DNA of 64,000 nt. Source: Callorhinchus milii (Eukaryota). A program made the position numbers and the translations under genes. Positions within the stretch are counted from its first letter, which is position 1; each line of letters begins with the position of its first letter. Of the stretch, positions 50,499 through 64,000 are shown one piece after another. The DNA is taken from NCBI RefSeq assembly GCF_018977255.1, contig NW_024704742.1, forward strand, positions 82,462,001 to 82,526,000, in the 5' to 3' direction. Below the pieces are notes generated by a model, which saw only the letters and a program-made list of their open reading frames with translations, had not been told where the DNA came from and did not search any database.

Positions 50499-51204
50499 TA
50501 TTTGATGTAGTGTCTTTCATGAGAGGACGACTTGAAGCGCTTGACAAGATTTGTTGTATGATGATATATTTTGTAGGTGAACAAAAAACAAAACTGGTTG
50601 TTATGTGAAGTCTATTCATTCCACAAATGACACAATCTCCATTTCATAGATCAAAATTTTGTGTCTTCCTGATCCCCAAAGGTACATCAAGCTAAAACGA
50701 CCATTTATTCATTCCTCCCCACATTTCTACAAATTCATCATCTGTTTGCTTCCCTATTAACTCTCTCTATCAGTCCTAGCAGTACAGAAGTCATTCTGTT
50801 CCATGAAGTATTTTGTCATCTCAGTCTGGTCCCTATTATTATTCTGTTCTCCAGCAGGTGCTTGTCCGGTTGTTTTTGAAAAGAGTTAATCAAAATGGAA
50901 CCAGCTGTTTTGGTTGGAGTGTTGTTTCACAGAGAGAAACCAGATCCTTCTAATACCCAGTCCCGCTTGAGGCTTGTTAATTTTCAACCTATGCCCTCTA
51001 GTTATGCTCAGTAGCCTGTGCACATCTATGTATCTGTGCTTCTTAGAATTTTAAAGACCAGTATCCTACTCTGCCGTTTTCTCTTCTCTAGTATAAACAT
51101 GTTCAGTTCTATGAGATATTCCTCATAGATTAGAACAGCGTTTCTCAATCTTTTGATACCAGAGACTCCCTGAGATTCTTCTTAAAATGTGGTGCCTTAT
51201 TTGT

Positions 51205-51958
51205 AAATAATAATCTTTGTATTTGACATAGCACCTTATCACGTTGTTGAAAGATCTTAAAATGCTTCATAGAATTTCTGTGAAGAGCGGTGATTGTGCA
51301 TTTGCAGATGAATCGACCAGCCAATTTGAGCACAGCAATGTCCCACAAACAGCCAGAAAGTGAATGGCCAATTTTATTTGAAGGATTGTTTGCCAGGAGA
51401 CTGGAAGAAACTCCCTTCTCTTTTGAGTAGTGCCGTGGGATTGTTCATGTCCACCTGAACAGACAAACTTGGTTTAACATCTCATCCTGTAGCTACGGAG
51501 TCCTGTAGCTCAGTGGTTAGAGCACTCGCTTTGCAAGCGAGAGACCTGAGTTCATTTCCCGGCAGGGCGAAACCTTGGGCAAGTTTCCTTACTCCACACG
51601 CCTAATAATAATCCCTCCAAAACCAAAAACAATAATAAATTGGTCATTTTCAATCTACGACTGTTTGTGGGACATTGCTGTACGCAATTGGCTGCCGCGT
51701 TCGCCCACAAATATACAGTCAATTCACTTTACAGTGTGTTCTGTGAAGCGCTTTGGGACATCCTCCCGACATGAAAAGCGCTATATCAAATGCAAGGATT
51801 ATTATTATTATTATCCGAAGCACAGCAGCCCCTAGCATTGCATGAAATGTCAGCCTAAGACTATGAGCTCAAAATCCTGGCAAGGGATGTGGGGTTTAAA
51901 CCCATAACCTTCTGACTCAGGAGGCGGCAGTGCTACCAACTAAGCCAGGCTGACACCT
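51205..51958 (-). mobile_element. Deu-domain SINE split by a short-form SINE
   Basis: Deu core stops at GGTTTAACATCTCATCC (51488) and resumes at ATCCGAAG (~51813), running to the head TGCTACCAACTAAGCCAGGCTGACAC. Confidence 0.87.
51496..51814 (+). mobile_element. tRNA(Ala)-headed SINE, short form, full length, young
   Basis: Nearly identical to 37270-37593. Confidence 0.96.
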
Positions 51959-52813
51959 ATAAGCATTTCGGGGAACTCAGTCCAAAAGATGTACAATATG
52001 GGCCAGCCATGAGGTTAGCACAGATCATCTTTTGTATTCTTGTTTGAACCTCCTCTGTTGTGTCTATATCTTTTCAGAGCTAGGGCACCCCAAACTACAT
52101 ACAAAATGTGATCTGTTCAAGGTTAGAGTCATTACTTTTGATTCATAGTCCAACAGTGGGAGATGCAGCCTAGTATTTGATTAGCTTTGCTTACAGAAGC
52201 TTGGCATTGTTCAGAGTGCTTTCTTCATTTGCAAAATATTTTTTCTTCTCCATCTGTATATTTTGCTGCAGACGGTATTTTCTTTCTCATATTCACTCAG
52301 TCTTTACCTTAACTCTTACTCCACTAGCCCATCTGTTTAATTGGTTCAGATCTTCTGGAATGTTATCGTCTTTCATACCATAATCACGTAGCTTCCTGCT
52401 TTAAATCCCATTATAATACCTGTAACTTCATCAGCTTTACAACAGCCATATCAATCTATACAAAACATGTTTTTCAATACTTAAAATACCTTAGGATAAT
52501 TGGTGATCGTGTGCAGAAATGTTTATTTGTATTTTAAATAGTAGTTTTCCCCTGTGGAAACCCAACACTACCCAAATCCTTTTGCGTCCATTAACCAACA
52601 TCTACAGTTGGTTGTAAGACATCTGATTCTGAAATACACATTAAAACAAATGAGGTAACTGGAGACGTTATCATAAACAGACACACGCAGATGCTGGTTT
52701 TGAAATTGATTCTGAATGAAATGGGTTGTTAGTTGTGTGATTCAGCAATCAAGGCTTTTGAATGTTGCGAGTTGGAACCCTCTCTAAGAAGTGCACAGTA
52801 ACACTGAGCTAAG

Positions 52814-52827
52814 ACACCAGGTGGCAG
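52814..52827 (+). promoter_or_regulatory. Candidate CTCF site
   Basis: ACACCAGGTGGCAG matches 13 of 14 positions of the CCACCAGGTGGCAG-type core; motif only. Confidence 0.3.
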
Positions 52828-54853
52828 CACATGGCCCAAAGTCAATGGTTTCTTCCTTTCTGGTCCGATCATCTTCCATTTTTTTTCAATCTGAGGTGGG
52901 CGTGATTTTTATTTTATAATTTGTGGGTGCTCCATTGAGTAGTAAGTTTATTTTTGTTAGATTTTTCGTTCCCAGCGCTGATTAACCAGGGACGGCTGAA
53001 ATCCACACTCTCTGAGACCAAGAATCAACATTTAGCAATCAGCCGAGAGGCCTGAGGCCTTATGCTCTCAATGGACATGAGGTAAAGACTGAGTGAACAT
53101 GAGAGAGAACATAGCTATTTGGTGTCCTGAAGGGTGGCTCAGCCCCTTGGTACATCCTCCCAACATGAAAGGTGCTTTACAAATGTAATTTGCCGCTGTG
53201 GAGATTTTGGCACTCCTTAGCAGATATATTTATTTATTGATCAGTGAGTTGTGCCAGTGTATAGGTTCTTGTGTTTAATTAATGACGTTTGTTCATTGAA
53301 AGCTTACCATAATACCAATGAGAAACCCTTCTTTTCTACCCACTTTGATTTTTTAAAGTAAGTTTACCACTGTTTAGTCTGGGTTTAATCTGCCCTGTTT
53401 GCTGCATTTGTAATACTGACCAGTGTATCTGAACCAGCAACAGTGGGGATCACCCAGTCACTGATCCACTGCTATCTTTTACTTGAAAAATCCAATTGCG
53501 AGTTGAAATGGTCCAAAAGTGCTGTGCAGGTAATGTGATGCTAGATTTAGCTTTAGAATTTCATGTCCATCAGTTGGAACCAAACTGAATTCACACTCCC
53601 CAATTCCCCTGTTCATTAACAGGTTATTGTCACAGATTCATGGAATTCCTCAATTTATGGTGCTTACCTCAATTTTGGCCACCTTTCCTTCAAAGGGATA
53701 CTCTGCCATTGGAGAGTTCAGAGAAGAGCAGTAAGGATGAATTAGAAACTCAAATATTGGGATCCATTGGCCAGTTGATGACTTTCTCAACTGAACCTAA
53801 TGAATTATGACAAGATCTGATCCTGACCTGAAAAACAATGAAGAACCTGCATCAAGGAAATATCTTCCTCTTGAATTCTAGTCACAGTATTCACAAAGTT
53901 ACTAAGCACCAAAACGTGATTAAAGATGGAAATAAAATGGATTTATTCAGCTTTGTTGACTAGTAACATTTTCTTTTCCAAACTAATAGTAGCCGGAATA
54001 ATATTAGATTATGAAAAGCATTGAAGCTTTTACCATATGTTATTGATGATATAATAAGCTTGTGAACTTTGCAAATGCTGCATCTTCTTTCAGTGGAATC
54101 AATACTGTAGCTTGAATGGCTTTTTTGTTGCTAATTATATACTTCTATATGTTACAGCTTTACAACTCTTTCCTAAGCTTATATTCTATTGATGGTGCAT
54201 TTATTGCTGCAGTTCCTGGGAGCAGTGAAATGTTGCTGGCATTTGGATTTTAAATTGTCAATCAATTAGGCTGAAATTTGTTTTGAATTGGTATTTGGAA
54301 GAAGGAGCTTTTAGAGATGAGAATGCAATGCACTAACTGAGCTTTTCTCTCCCTCCATTATATCCGGTTGAGCCAGACCAGATTTGACTCGATCTGATTC
54401 ACTGCAGCCTACCTTTGACTCCAGTCCTGGAACATACTTTGTATTTGTTATATGGCTCACAGGGAATTCCTTGAAGCTGCCATTCACCTAGTGGGAGCTC
54501 AACGTGCTCTGGACAGAGGGACAGCATTTCAATGGCAAGCTATGCGGTTTTAGCTGGTTAGACTTAATGCACACTCTGGGGTCTCCAAGCCTTGGTTTTT
54601 GACAACCTGTGCCTAATACTTTCTGGAATTAGGTAAGCAAGATGCATCACTCCAGGGAGAGAGTGCGCATTCCATTCCAACAATCTCTCTCTGGGATTCC
54701 AATGTGTAGATGGGATGCATGGAAATCTCAGCTTGGTTTGGATAATCTTAAGCATGGTGATTTATGCATTTGTCAGACACCCAGCTGAGCCCCAAAAAAT
54801 CATTATAAGATTATGTTGTAGATCAGTGAATGAATATGGTGGGAGAAAATGAT

Positions 54854-55810
54854 ATCATAGAATCATAGAATCATACAGCACAGAAAGAGGTAATTCGGCC
54901 CATCTTGTCTGCGCCGGCTCCTAAAAGAATAATTCAACTCAATCCCACTGGCCCGCTTTCTCTCCATAGCCCTGCAATCCTGTCCTCCCCAAATACCCAT
55001 CTACTTCTCTCTTAAAAGTTGTTATTGAATCGGCTTCCACTACCCTTTCAGGTAATGCATTCCAGATCCGAACAACTCACTGGGTGAAAACATTTCCTAA
55101 CCTCTCCTCTTTTTTTTAACAACTATCTTAAATCGGTGTCCTCGGGTTACTGACCCACATGCCAGTGGAAACAGTTTTTTCCAGTTCAACCTATCAAATC
55201 TTCTCATGATCTTGAAAACCTCTATTAAATCCCCTCTTAATCTTCTCTGCTCTAGGGAGAATAATCCCAGTTTTGCTAACCTCTCCTCATAACTAAGGTC
55301 CTTCATTCCTGATACCATCCTGGTAAACCTCCTTTGCACCCTATCCAATGCCCTAACATCTTTCCTAAAGTGCAGTGCCCAGAACTGAACGCAGTACTCC
55401 AACTGAGGCCTAAACAGCATTTTATAAATATTCAACATAACCTCCTGACTTTTGAATTCTATGCCCCTATTTATAAAACCTAGTATCCCGTATGCTTTTT
55501 TGACAGCTTTATCTACCTGTCCTGCATCTTCAGAGATTTGCTTTTGTGGACCCCCAGGTCTCTCTGTTCATTTGCCCCCTTTAAGATTGTACCATCAGCT
55601 TATGCTACCTCTCTTCATTCTTCCTACCAAAATGCAACACTTCGCATTTCTCCACATTAAACCTCATCTGCCACGTTTTTGCCCATTTTACCAATCTGTC
55701 TAAGTCCTCTTGAAGTCTGATGCTATCGTCCTCACCATTAACTTCTTTTCCTGGCTTAGTATCGTCTGCAAATTTGGAAATTGTGCTCCCTATATCCAGG
55801 TCCAGATCAT
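54854..55810 (-). mobile_element. CR1 LINE, 5'-truncated, well preserved
   Basis: ORF 55097..55438: YKMLFRPQLEYCVQFW...RVQRRFTRM...RLRGDLIEVFKIM...TRGHRFKI; (ATTCTATG)n 3' terminal repeat typical of CR1. Confidence 0.96.
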
Positions 55811-56984
55811 ATGAATAGAGTGAGAGAATATCCCCCGTCTTTTATCTATATAACACTATTTCTGCTACCAATTGTTATAATTAACAAAGGCTTTCCTTGA
55901 CTCTTTTACCTCAGAATTTGCTCACCACTTTGATAAGAAGACCGGGTCATCTCCAATAACTTGGTTTTGGGCATCCCTTGAGTGACAGTTTTCCACATTG
56001 TAAAGCCTTTGCCTGGTCTGACACTATGACCTTCAATAATTAATACCGTTCAGCATAAGTCTTTAATTGTCCTGTCTCTGTTGTAGATAGTTGAATAATA
56101 ATTAATAACACCTTTCACATTGGATGTCTCAAAGCACTTCACGTGAATTCTTTAACGTCCACTTGAACAAGCAAATGGGACTTTGGTTAAACATCTCATC
56201 CGAAGATAGAATTCATATACCTGAGCAGAAGTAAGAGTTTTTTTAAATTAATGCTGAGTCCAGATAAGCGTCTTCTTACTGTAACATTTGAGCAGCACTT
56301 CCCAAACTCTGTCATATGGTAACACATCAACACATCCAACCTGCATCCAAGAGGTGATGCATAATCCAAATTCAGACTTTTACAATATTCCTCACATCTT
56401 CTATTCAGAAATGAGATGCACTATCTCTGAACGCCAATTTAACAATTGGCTTTCACACCTTTGAGACGCCTGGGATCTTAAAGCAGACAAAAATCCTCTT
56501 CACCTTTTAACCTTACATGTTTATAAAAAAAGCAAGCATCGGAATTTCGAGTTTGTAACAGGTGCATGCAGTGAATGAACATTTATAGCTGGGTGCAAAC
56601 TCAGCAGAGTATTGGATAGAATACTGCTGTACTATTTAAAAAGAAGGGATTGAATTTTCAACGGGTAGTCTTTGGTTTCTTTATGTATTACTCACAGTAA
56701 ATTCCTGGAGGGATTCAGTGGAACTTTATACTTTGTTTAAAAAAAAGTGATCTTGAAACTCTGAAATGGCCTTCGAGATGATGACAACTTTGAGACATTT
56801 GAATCAATTCATTCATTTTAAAAAAATCACTGGGGGAAGAATAATTTGTCTTTTTCTAAGGCAGTGAGGGTTGGTGGTATAGCACAAATCTACCCTGTTT
56901 TTAATTCCAGTTACCACAGATTGGGAGTAAATGCTAATTTTAATTACTTGAATTTTATTTTTAAATGATTTAACAATTGGAAAA

Positions 56985-57280
56985 TGAAATGACTTAGTTG
57001 TTAGCACACTCACCTCTTAATCAGAAGGCTGTGGGTTTAAGCTTCATGTTGGGACTTTGAACTCGAAGTCTAAACTGGCACTCCAATGCAGTGTTGGTGG
57101 TGAGCTGCATTGTTGAAGATGTTGCCTTCAGATGAGATGTTAAACCAAGTCCCCGTCTGCCTTTCAGGTGGGCGTTAAAGATCCCATGGAATTATTCGAA
57201 AAGAAAAGAACGTTTTCCCGGTGTCCTGGCTGACAATCTCCTGAATACAACTAGTCATTTACTTCATAGTTATTTATTAT
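56985..57280 (+). mobile_element. Deu-domain SINE, head and core
   Basis: CCTTCAGATGAGATGTTAAACCAAGTCCCCGTCTGCCTTTCAGGTGGGCGTTAAAGATCCCATGG...GGTGTCCTGGC. Confidence 0.88.
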
Positions 57281-60104
57281 TATGATATTAATAATAATCC
57301 TTGCATTTGATATAGTCTTACCACGGCATTCCGACGACTCAAAGCACTTCACAGGATATACTGTTAAGTGGTTTGACTGTGTATTTTGTAGGTAAAACGG
57401 GACATTGCTGTGCAGACAACTGGCTGTTGCATATGCTTACAGATACACAAGATTCTTAATTACTTTGAGGCACTTTGAGATATTCCAATGATGATGGCGC
57501 AAATCAAAAGCAAGGATTATTATTATGAAAATGTCAACTGTATGAATCCTAAGTGAAATATATTTGGGTAACCTCATTCCAACTTTTAGTAGATGTGAAA
57601 CTATAACACAATATTGCTGACATTTTATTGTTGGCAATCTCATGCAGAGAGATGCAAAAGTTACAAAGTGGTGAAGGAAGAATTGAAGGATTAAGACAAT
57701 GTCTCTGCATTCAAGTTGTTAACAATAAAGCAATTTGTACTTTGGCTAGGGTTGAGAAAGCCGTGCATGTTTGCATATTAAATGTAGATGAGCTGTAACT
57801 AAACGAGTTGCTCTCACCTAGAAACAATTTTTATACTAAACGTTGCTCCATTTTACATTCAAAAAAGAAGAAGTGAATAAGAAGAGTTTGGTGTTTTGCT
57901 TTGTGTTGTGATAATAAGTGGATTAAATGTGAAATACTAAAACAATTTATTGCAAATTGATAGATACTATATGGTGTGGGGCTTCTTACCACCCCACTGG
58001 GAAGACTAATTTTGTTCTTAACTAGTGCCACATAATCAAGATCTAATGGCAGCGTGATAATGGGAGAATGCTATTGTCACAAATATGAAATCTGTGTGAA
58101 GGGGAAAAGTTCATGTGACTAATGGCTTGAGTTAGTATATCTGACTCAGTGGATCCAGATCAAAGGCTCTTCACATCATGCCATATCATTCAGGAAACAT
58201 CAACAGTCTTTTAATTAATCCAATCTGCAGAGCATCAAACCACCCTCGTTTTCACATGTTAAGTGAATAGACATTTCAAATCCAATAAATGTCGGTTAGC
58301 AGGAGACAGTATTGAGAAATGTCAATTACCGACCCGATTTTAATGAACTATACCTTCTTTGAAGTCTGGTCTGAGATTCAAAGAGATATTTTGTGGATTT
58401 ATTTGACCAAAATCTCTCAGTTCCTCAGTTGATCTGTAACTTGGTTTGGGTTATGTATGTGTAATACAATGCAATTTACATTTACATAGCACCTTCCTTG
58501 CCAGGCTGTGATTGGCAGCACCCCTTCCCACTTGCTGGATAGTTCAAGGGAAGATGTGTGCTTCCCCTGGAATATCTGAGCACCAACAAAAATCTGGGAA
58601 CTAAGAGTAATGTGACTTTTTTGCCCTGTCAGGCATCATTCAGGTGGAGAAAGAGTATTTCTCCTAATATTGTACACATGGTTTGCTTTCACAGTGCAGC
58701 CTGAAACCATTCCACCTCTAGGCTGCTGTCCCCCCCCTCCCCGCCCAAGTGGTAGCACTTTGGCATTGATGAAGGTGATTATCTACCTTGATGGTTACTT
58801 CGAGCACTAAAAAACACCACAGTACTAGCTTAAGGGAAGGCCACAATTCCAAGCACCATGGGTCTTGCATACAAGTTGGGGATTACAGGATCAGGCAAGG
58901 TGAAGTGAGTTCCTGGAGGAAAATGGATGCTTACAAAATCCAAATGTTGACTACGTAAGAGATGCTGGGGTATATTTAGTCATTCTCCAAGTCCAACATA
59001 CGACAGGATAGCGAAAACCAAAGGGATCACCAACCATCCATCAGCCACCAAGCAACCCCACACATTTTGAAGCCATTCTCCACTTCCTCATGAGATGCAT
59101 TGCAAAATATCTAATTAATAGGGCCACCGCATCCAAAAATATGATGTGTGATGTTGTTCAAAGATTTCAAAGAATTACCCTTTGTACTGAAATGGAGGCG
59201 CTGATCTTGTCTCGAAATCCCCAGTCTAAAAAAGGACTTTTGTGAGTTGAAGGAGTAACTTCTTTCAAGATTGTCATGTTCTAGTGAATCTGAAGATGTG
59301 TAACTAAAGTGCAGTCCATTGTAATTTATTATAAAAAAGGTATTTGTTTCCTACCTTGCCACTGGCTAAACATTATCCGTTTTGTTTTATCTTGTTCCTC
59401 AGGTTTAGTTGGACAGGATTTATATGCTCAGGAAACAGATGAGAGAACATCTCTGGCCTCCTTTTCATACTATAGATCTGTTGCTTTGCTAGATTTTCTC
59501 GGGGGGAAAACAGAATTTGAATTGGGAATCTTTAAGAATGCAAAGTTTGTGTTTGTTGTATCTTCTGATGTTTGGAGCAGCTGTTAAGGACAGATAAATT
59601 CACAGCAGATGTTCTTGGTGGATTTTGGCCTGAAAATTGACTGAGTGAAAGAGATAACATTCCGTACCATTTACCCGTTAGCATTGAGTGTCTCCGGCAG
59701 CACAAGGCAGGCTACAGATTAGACTGGGCATTGAGCACTAACTGGCTAAAGGTTTTGAAGTGATGAATCGCCCCTTGGGAGACGTGCAAAGTATTTTTAC
59801 CTTGCCGTTCCAGAACTTCTCGCATTATTTTTCTATTGCAACCTGAAAGGACATCAGCTTATAGCCAATGTGTCGCACATCAATGTAATTCTGCAATTCA
59901 TTCACAGGCACCAAGACTGAAGCTAAAAGCATCCTACAAAAGGTCAAATTGATACCAGTGCAAAATCTTATAAATTTTTCTATCACTCCTGCCTAATGCT
60001 TTTTGCTCTACACTAACTCAGTGCTGTTTTTTATTCCCTGAAATTACAATAGACTCATTTGAAAAGCAGGTTGATGCTCTGATTGGAGGACAGTAGGGTG
60101 TGTA

Positions 60105-60250
60105 TCCCCCTCCTGCTCCCTCCCTTCCCTCCCCTCACCCTGACCATTTTCCCCCCTGCTCGGGTCCCGACCCAACTGTCCAGCACCCTGGGACGTCCTC
60201 CCGACATGAAAGGCGCTCTATAAATGAAATCTTGTTGTATCTTGTTGTTG
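60105..60250 (+). mobile_element. L2 LINE (family A) 3' tip
   Basis: Close match to the 3' end of the 6003-6900 copy (both translate as PSLPSPHPDHFPP). Confidence 0.92.
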
Positions 60251-60469
60251 TATTCTGGAGGGCTGAGATCACATGGGTTGAAGGGTCTTCTTCATCCGAA
60301 CCTTATGAATCTTCTGATTTGGGATGTTAGAAATTTACTTGAAATCATGTTTGCTTCAATTCTATATTTCCATATTTTACAAGATCTGGCCCATTTTTGT
60401 CAACAGAAATTTCACTGATATGACAGGAATTCCCTAGGATCCAGGAAAATGCCTAAAAATTTTCTCTGC

Positions 60470-60735
60470 AAAACAACAAAATTACATTTATATTGTGCTG
60501 TTCACATTGGAAGGAGGTCCCAAGGCACTGGACAGTTAAGGGTTTGCACCCGAGCTGGGGGTTGGAATCAAGAGTGGTGGAGGGAGGGAGGTAGGGGAGG
60601 TGGGAGATTGGATGAAAGCATGGTCAAAGAGGAATGTCTTGAGTCAGGTATTGAAGGAGGCAAACGATGGGCGAGGTAGAGGGATTCAAGAATGGAGATC
60701 CAGAGAGTGGGAACAGAAAAGAGCTGAAAGCCAGT
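60470..60735 (-). mobile_element. L2 LINE 3' fragment
   Basis: TTCACATTGGAAGGAGGTCCCAAGGCACT tail and purine-rich L2 antisense body. Confidence 0.8.
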
Positions 60736-60949
60736 CATTTTCTCTTTCCTTTCTCCTCTCCCCACCTAACTCTTTCATACACACACAGAGCCATCACCAT
60801 TCAGGATCGATTTGCTTTTGGCAGATACGAACACTGTAATTTGTGAACCACTGGGGCTAAATTGCATCGATTCAGAATGAGATTCCTTATTAGAATTATA
60901 AAGTTGTGAACGGGTATTGCTTACAGTAACCAGATGTTAAATTTTCGGG

Positions 60950-61215
60950 TCTGTAGATACCTGGCTTATCCCTCTTTTCCTGCTTGAACAGTAGTGTACA
61001 TTGGCAGTCCTCCAGGCTTCTGTCACAACTTTCATGTCCAAGGAGTTTGAAAGATTGTGGTCAGAACCTTTGCTGTTTCCTCCCTGGCTTCCCTCTGCAT
61101 TCCATCACCCTGGCCTGCAAATTTTCCACTTCCATTGGATTCTGTCAACTTTTTCAGAACCACTTCCTTTTTTGTAGTTATCCTTTCCAGTTGCTCTTGA
61201 TTGTGTTGCAGTCTA
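60950..61215 (-). mobile_element. CR1 ORF2 internal fragment, degraded
   Basis: ORF 61032..61226: ITTKKEVVLKKL...G.DG...REETAKVLTTIFQ, then a GEDCQ.TLLF-like segment. Confidence 0.65.
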
Positions 61216-63073
61216 ACCCTTAGCATCCTGAATGTGAGAAAAACTCACTGTTAATGGTTGTCAATAGACTGGCTTATTTTGTACTTCATGGTGAAATGCT
61301 CTCATTAGTGAGTTGAAGATTTTGGTCACCATTAGCTAGAAATGGAAAAACATATATAGAGAATGAAAAATGGGCTGCATAGTAAGTTATTTTCATTACA
61401 AAGTGAATTTCTGCTGTACTTGAAACACCTTGCTCCTCAGTAGTCTTCTCCAATTTAAACATTCCCAGCATCTGAAATCTCTCCACATATTTCAGATGTC
61501 CAGTCTCCCATATATCATCAGTTCACACAAAATAGCAATAACTAGCCGTTAAGGCATTCCAGTGTTGAAATCCAGAGCATATACATGTAAAATGGTTAAT
61601 TGGTGATGATAACAATAATCCTTGTATTTGATATAGCACCTTTTACATTGGGACAACCTCAAAGTGCTTGACAGGATTTACTATAAAGTGCAATGACTGA
61701 ATATTTTGTAGATGAACATGGCAGCCAATTTGTGCATCACAGTCAAGAAGATCTGCTAAGATCTCTGTTTGATTTTTTCCATTTTCTGATTTCATTTGGT
61801 CTTACATGTGTGGGTTCTGAGCTATAGTAGGAAGAATCAAAAAAAAATGTTACCCCAGTAATTTATCAGCTATTCATTCTGACAATTTACAAGGAGGCAG
61901 CTTACAAAGAGGCTCAGATAATCTCTATGTTCCTAACATTATAATTGTACTCTATCTGAGGTAACAATGGTCTGTTAATTGTAAATTTTCGGAAAACTCT
62001 AGGATAACTGGCAAAAACCCAAAGAAGCAAAATACACAGATCAAAAAGGTTGCAGAGTCTCTTCTTGATAACTGGTTTGCCAGATCTTAAAGCAAATAAA
62101 TTCCCACTACCGCTAACTTTATTCAGAGCTCTTACTCCTCAAAGTTTTATTTCACTTGTCTCGCTAATTATTCTATCAGCAAAATTATAGTAAACACAAC
62201 AATGAATTACTCTGCCATTGTGCAAGAGCACTTCGCAATCAATAGCTGCTGAGTGTTGGGCAAAAGCAGATTTCTCTCTTTTTATTCTCTTCCTTCGAGA
62301 CCTTTGTCTTCATTCTTACTTTTCTCTGATGCACTGTGCACATCTTTGTTGTCCTGAGCAATTAGGTCATTCAGAGTCGCTGAGTTCAGTTACAGCTTTG
62401 AATACCAACAATGAAAGAAGCATCTCCTCCCATCCTGAGTTACACAATACTGAAGCAATTTGTGAATTGAGGTGGATTTTATTTTGAGCAGAGATAAAAT
62501 CACTTTTTTTAAAAAATCTTCCATTCTCATTCCAATTAATTGGAAACTAATGAAACTTGTGTCCGGCAGATATATATGTGTCAGACGGCACTGCAACACA
62601 AACCACAGCCTCTACTGTGTGATGTGAGAGACTGTTCTGCACGGCTGTTCAATCCTCTTTTTGCAGCTTGCAGGATGTGAACATGATTTCTGTTTTGCGG
62701 CAAAACTCATGATGAAATCTACATCTAATGTCTGTTTGTAAGCTAATTGGTCACGGACACGCACCAGAGGATCTTTACACCAATGTGATTAACACAACAG
62801 GATTTAATTTGTTATACTTTTATGGCTACAAATTAGTTTTTACACAAATACTGCACACAATTGGTATTTCCTATAGATGATACTGAAACACAGTCTTGTG
62901 GATTCTGAGGACAAGATCCATTAAAAGTTCAGTATTAGACTTCAGTTTCTCATGGTTAGGATTTTACTTATGTTGTGAATTTAAATAATATTATAAAAAG
63001 GACTCTAAGCCCCAAATAGACAAGAGTCCTACTTGTTACCAAAACTAAAAGAAAATTAAGCTCCCATGACAGT

Positions 63074-64000
63074 ACAACAACAAACTACATTTTTATAGTG
63101 TCTTTCACGTCGGGACGATGTTGCAAGGCGCTGGATAATCAGTGTTTTGGATCATAGCTGGTGGTTGGGATTGGGGAGGGTGGGGGGCAGGGGGGCAAGG
63201 AGGCTGATCGAAGACACAGTCGAAGACAAGGGTCTTGAGACAGGTCTTGAAGGAGGCAAGGGGAGGCGCTAGGCAGAGGGACTGTGGGATGGAGTTCCAG
63301 AGAGTGGGGCAGAGTGCATGAAGGCCCGCCCACCAGTAGTGGGGCAGGCGAGGCAGGGGACATGAAGCAGGCCAGAGCCCACTGAGCAGAGGGAGCGAAC
63401 AGTGTGGTAGGGGGTTAGGATGTTGGAGAGGTAGGGGGGAGCAAGACCGTGGAGGGCTTTGGATGTGAGGAGCAGGATCTTGAACTGTATCCTCTGTGTG
63501 ATGGGCAGCCAGTGGAGTTGGGTGAGGATGGGGGTGATAGGGTCACAAAGCCTGGTGCAGGAGAGGACATGGGCTGCAGAGTTTTGGATGATCTGCAGCC
63601 TATGGAGGGAGGAACTGGGGAGGCCAACAAGCAAGGAGTTTGCACAGTTCAGCCTGGATGTTATGAATGCACTTATGAGGGTTTCGGCAGCCTGCGGTGT
63701 GAGACAGTGTCGGAGCATGGCGATATTGAGGGGGTGAAAGAAGGTAAAGCGGGTCATGGTACGTATGTAAAATAGAAAGTATAGTTGAGGGTCAAACAAG
63801 ATGCCAAGGTTTCGGACTGGCTCAGTAAGGTGAAATGTGCATCCATGGATGGTGATGCTGTCAGCACTTCAGGTATGGAGGCGCTGGGGAGGGGCAATCA
63901 GGAAAGCATCGGTCTTACTGATGTTCAACTGAAGAAAATTAGCTCTCATTCAGAGCTTGATGTCTGACAACAGTGGTCCTGGAATCGAGGGTGGAGGCAG
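63074..64000 (-). mobile_element. L2 LINE (family A), runs off the window end
   Basis: ORF 63269..63799: AAETLISAFITSRLNCAN...LHWLPITQRIQFKIL...LAPPYLS; (TTG)n tail near 63074. Confidence 0.96.

Noticed and set aside
59380..59587. Good splice acceptor (ttttatcttgttcctcAG) within ORF 59309..59587; similar isolated acceptors at ~18500, ~43125 and ~62666
   Set aside because: The translated frames resemble nothing I recognise and cannot be chained into a gene.

Overview
This is repeat-dense, AT-rich vertebrate DNA that reads as intronic or intergenic; I found no supportable protein-coding exon and no genuine RNA gene. The repeat content points to a cartilaginous fish, probably a holocephalan such as elephant shark; that is inference from recalled repeat families. 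Main contents: (1) about 20 copies or fragments of a young tRNA(Ala)-headed SINE, in a long and a short form; (2) many older Deu-domain SINEs carrying the same 3' tail; (3) 5'-truncated L2 LINEs of at least two families and many CR1 fragments; (4) ancient AmnSINE2-like and LF-SINE-like relics; (5) one ~490-bp element with non-autonomous Helitron ends. Nearly all long ORFs in the track are L2/CR1 reverse-transcriptase remnants or chance frames through SINEs. The most interesting signals are a modular SINE/L2 system whose history can be read from nested insertions, an internal inverted repeat in the SINE that coincides with truncation and deletion breakpoints, mosaic SINE subfamily markers, the Helitron, and two perfect local inverted duplications (35-bp and 24-bp arms). 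I see no convincing wholly new biological system. Repeat boundaries were read by eye and are approximate for old copies.
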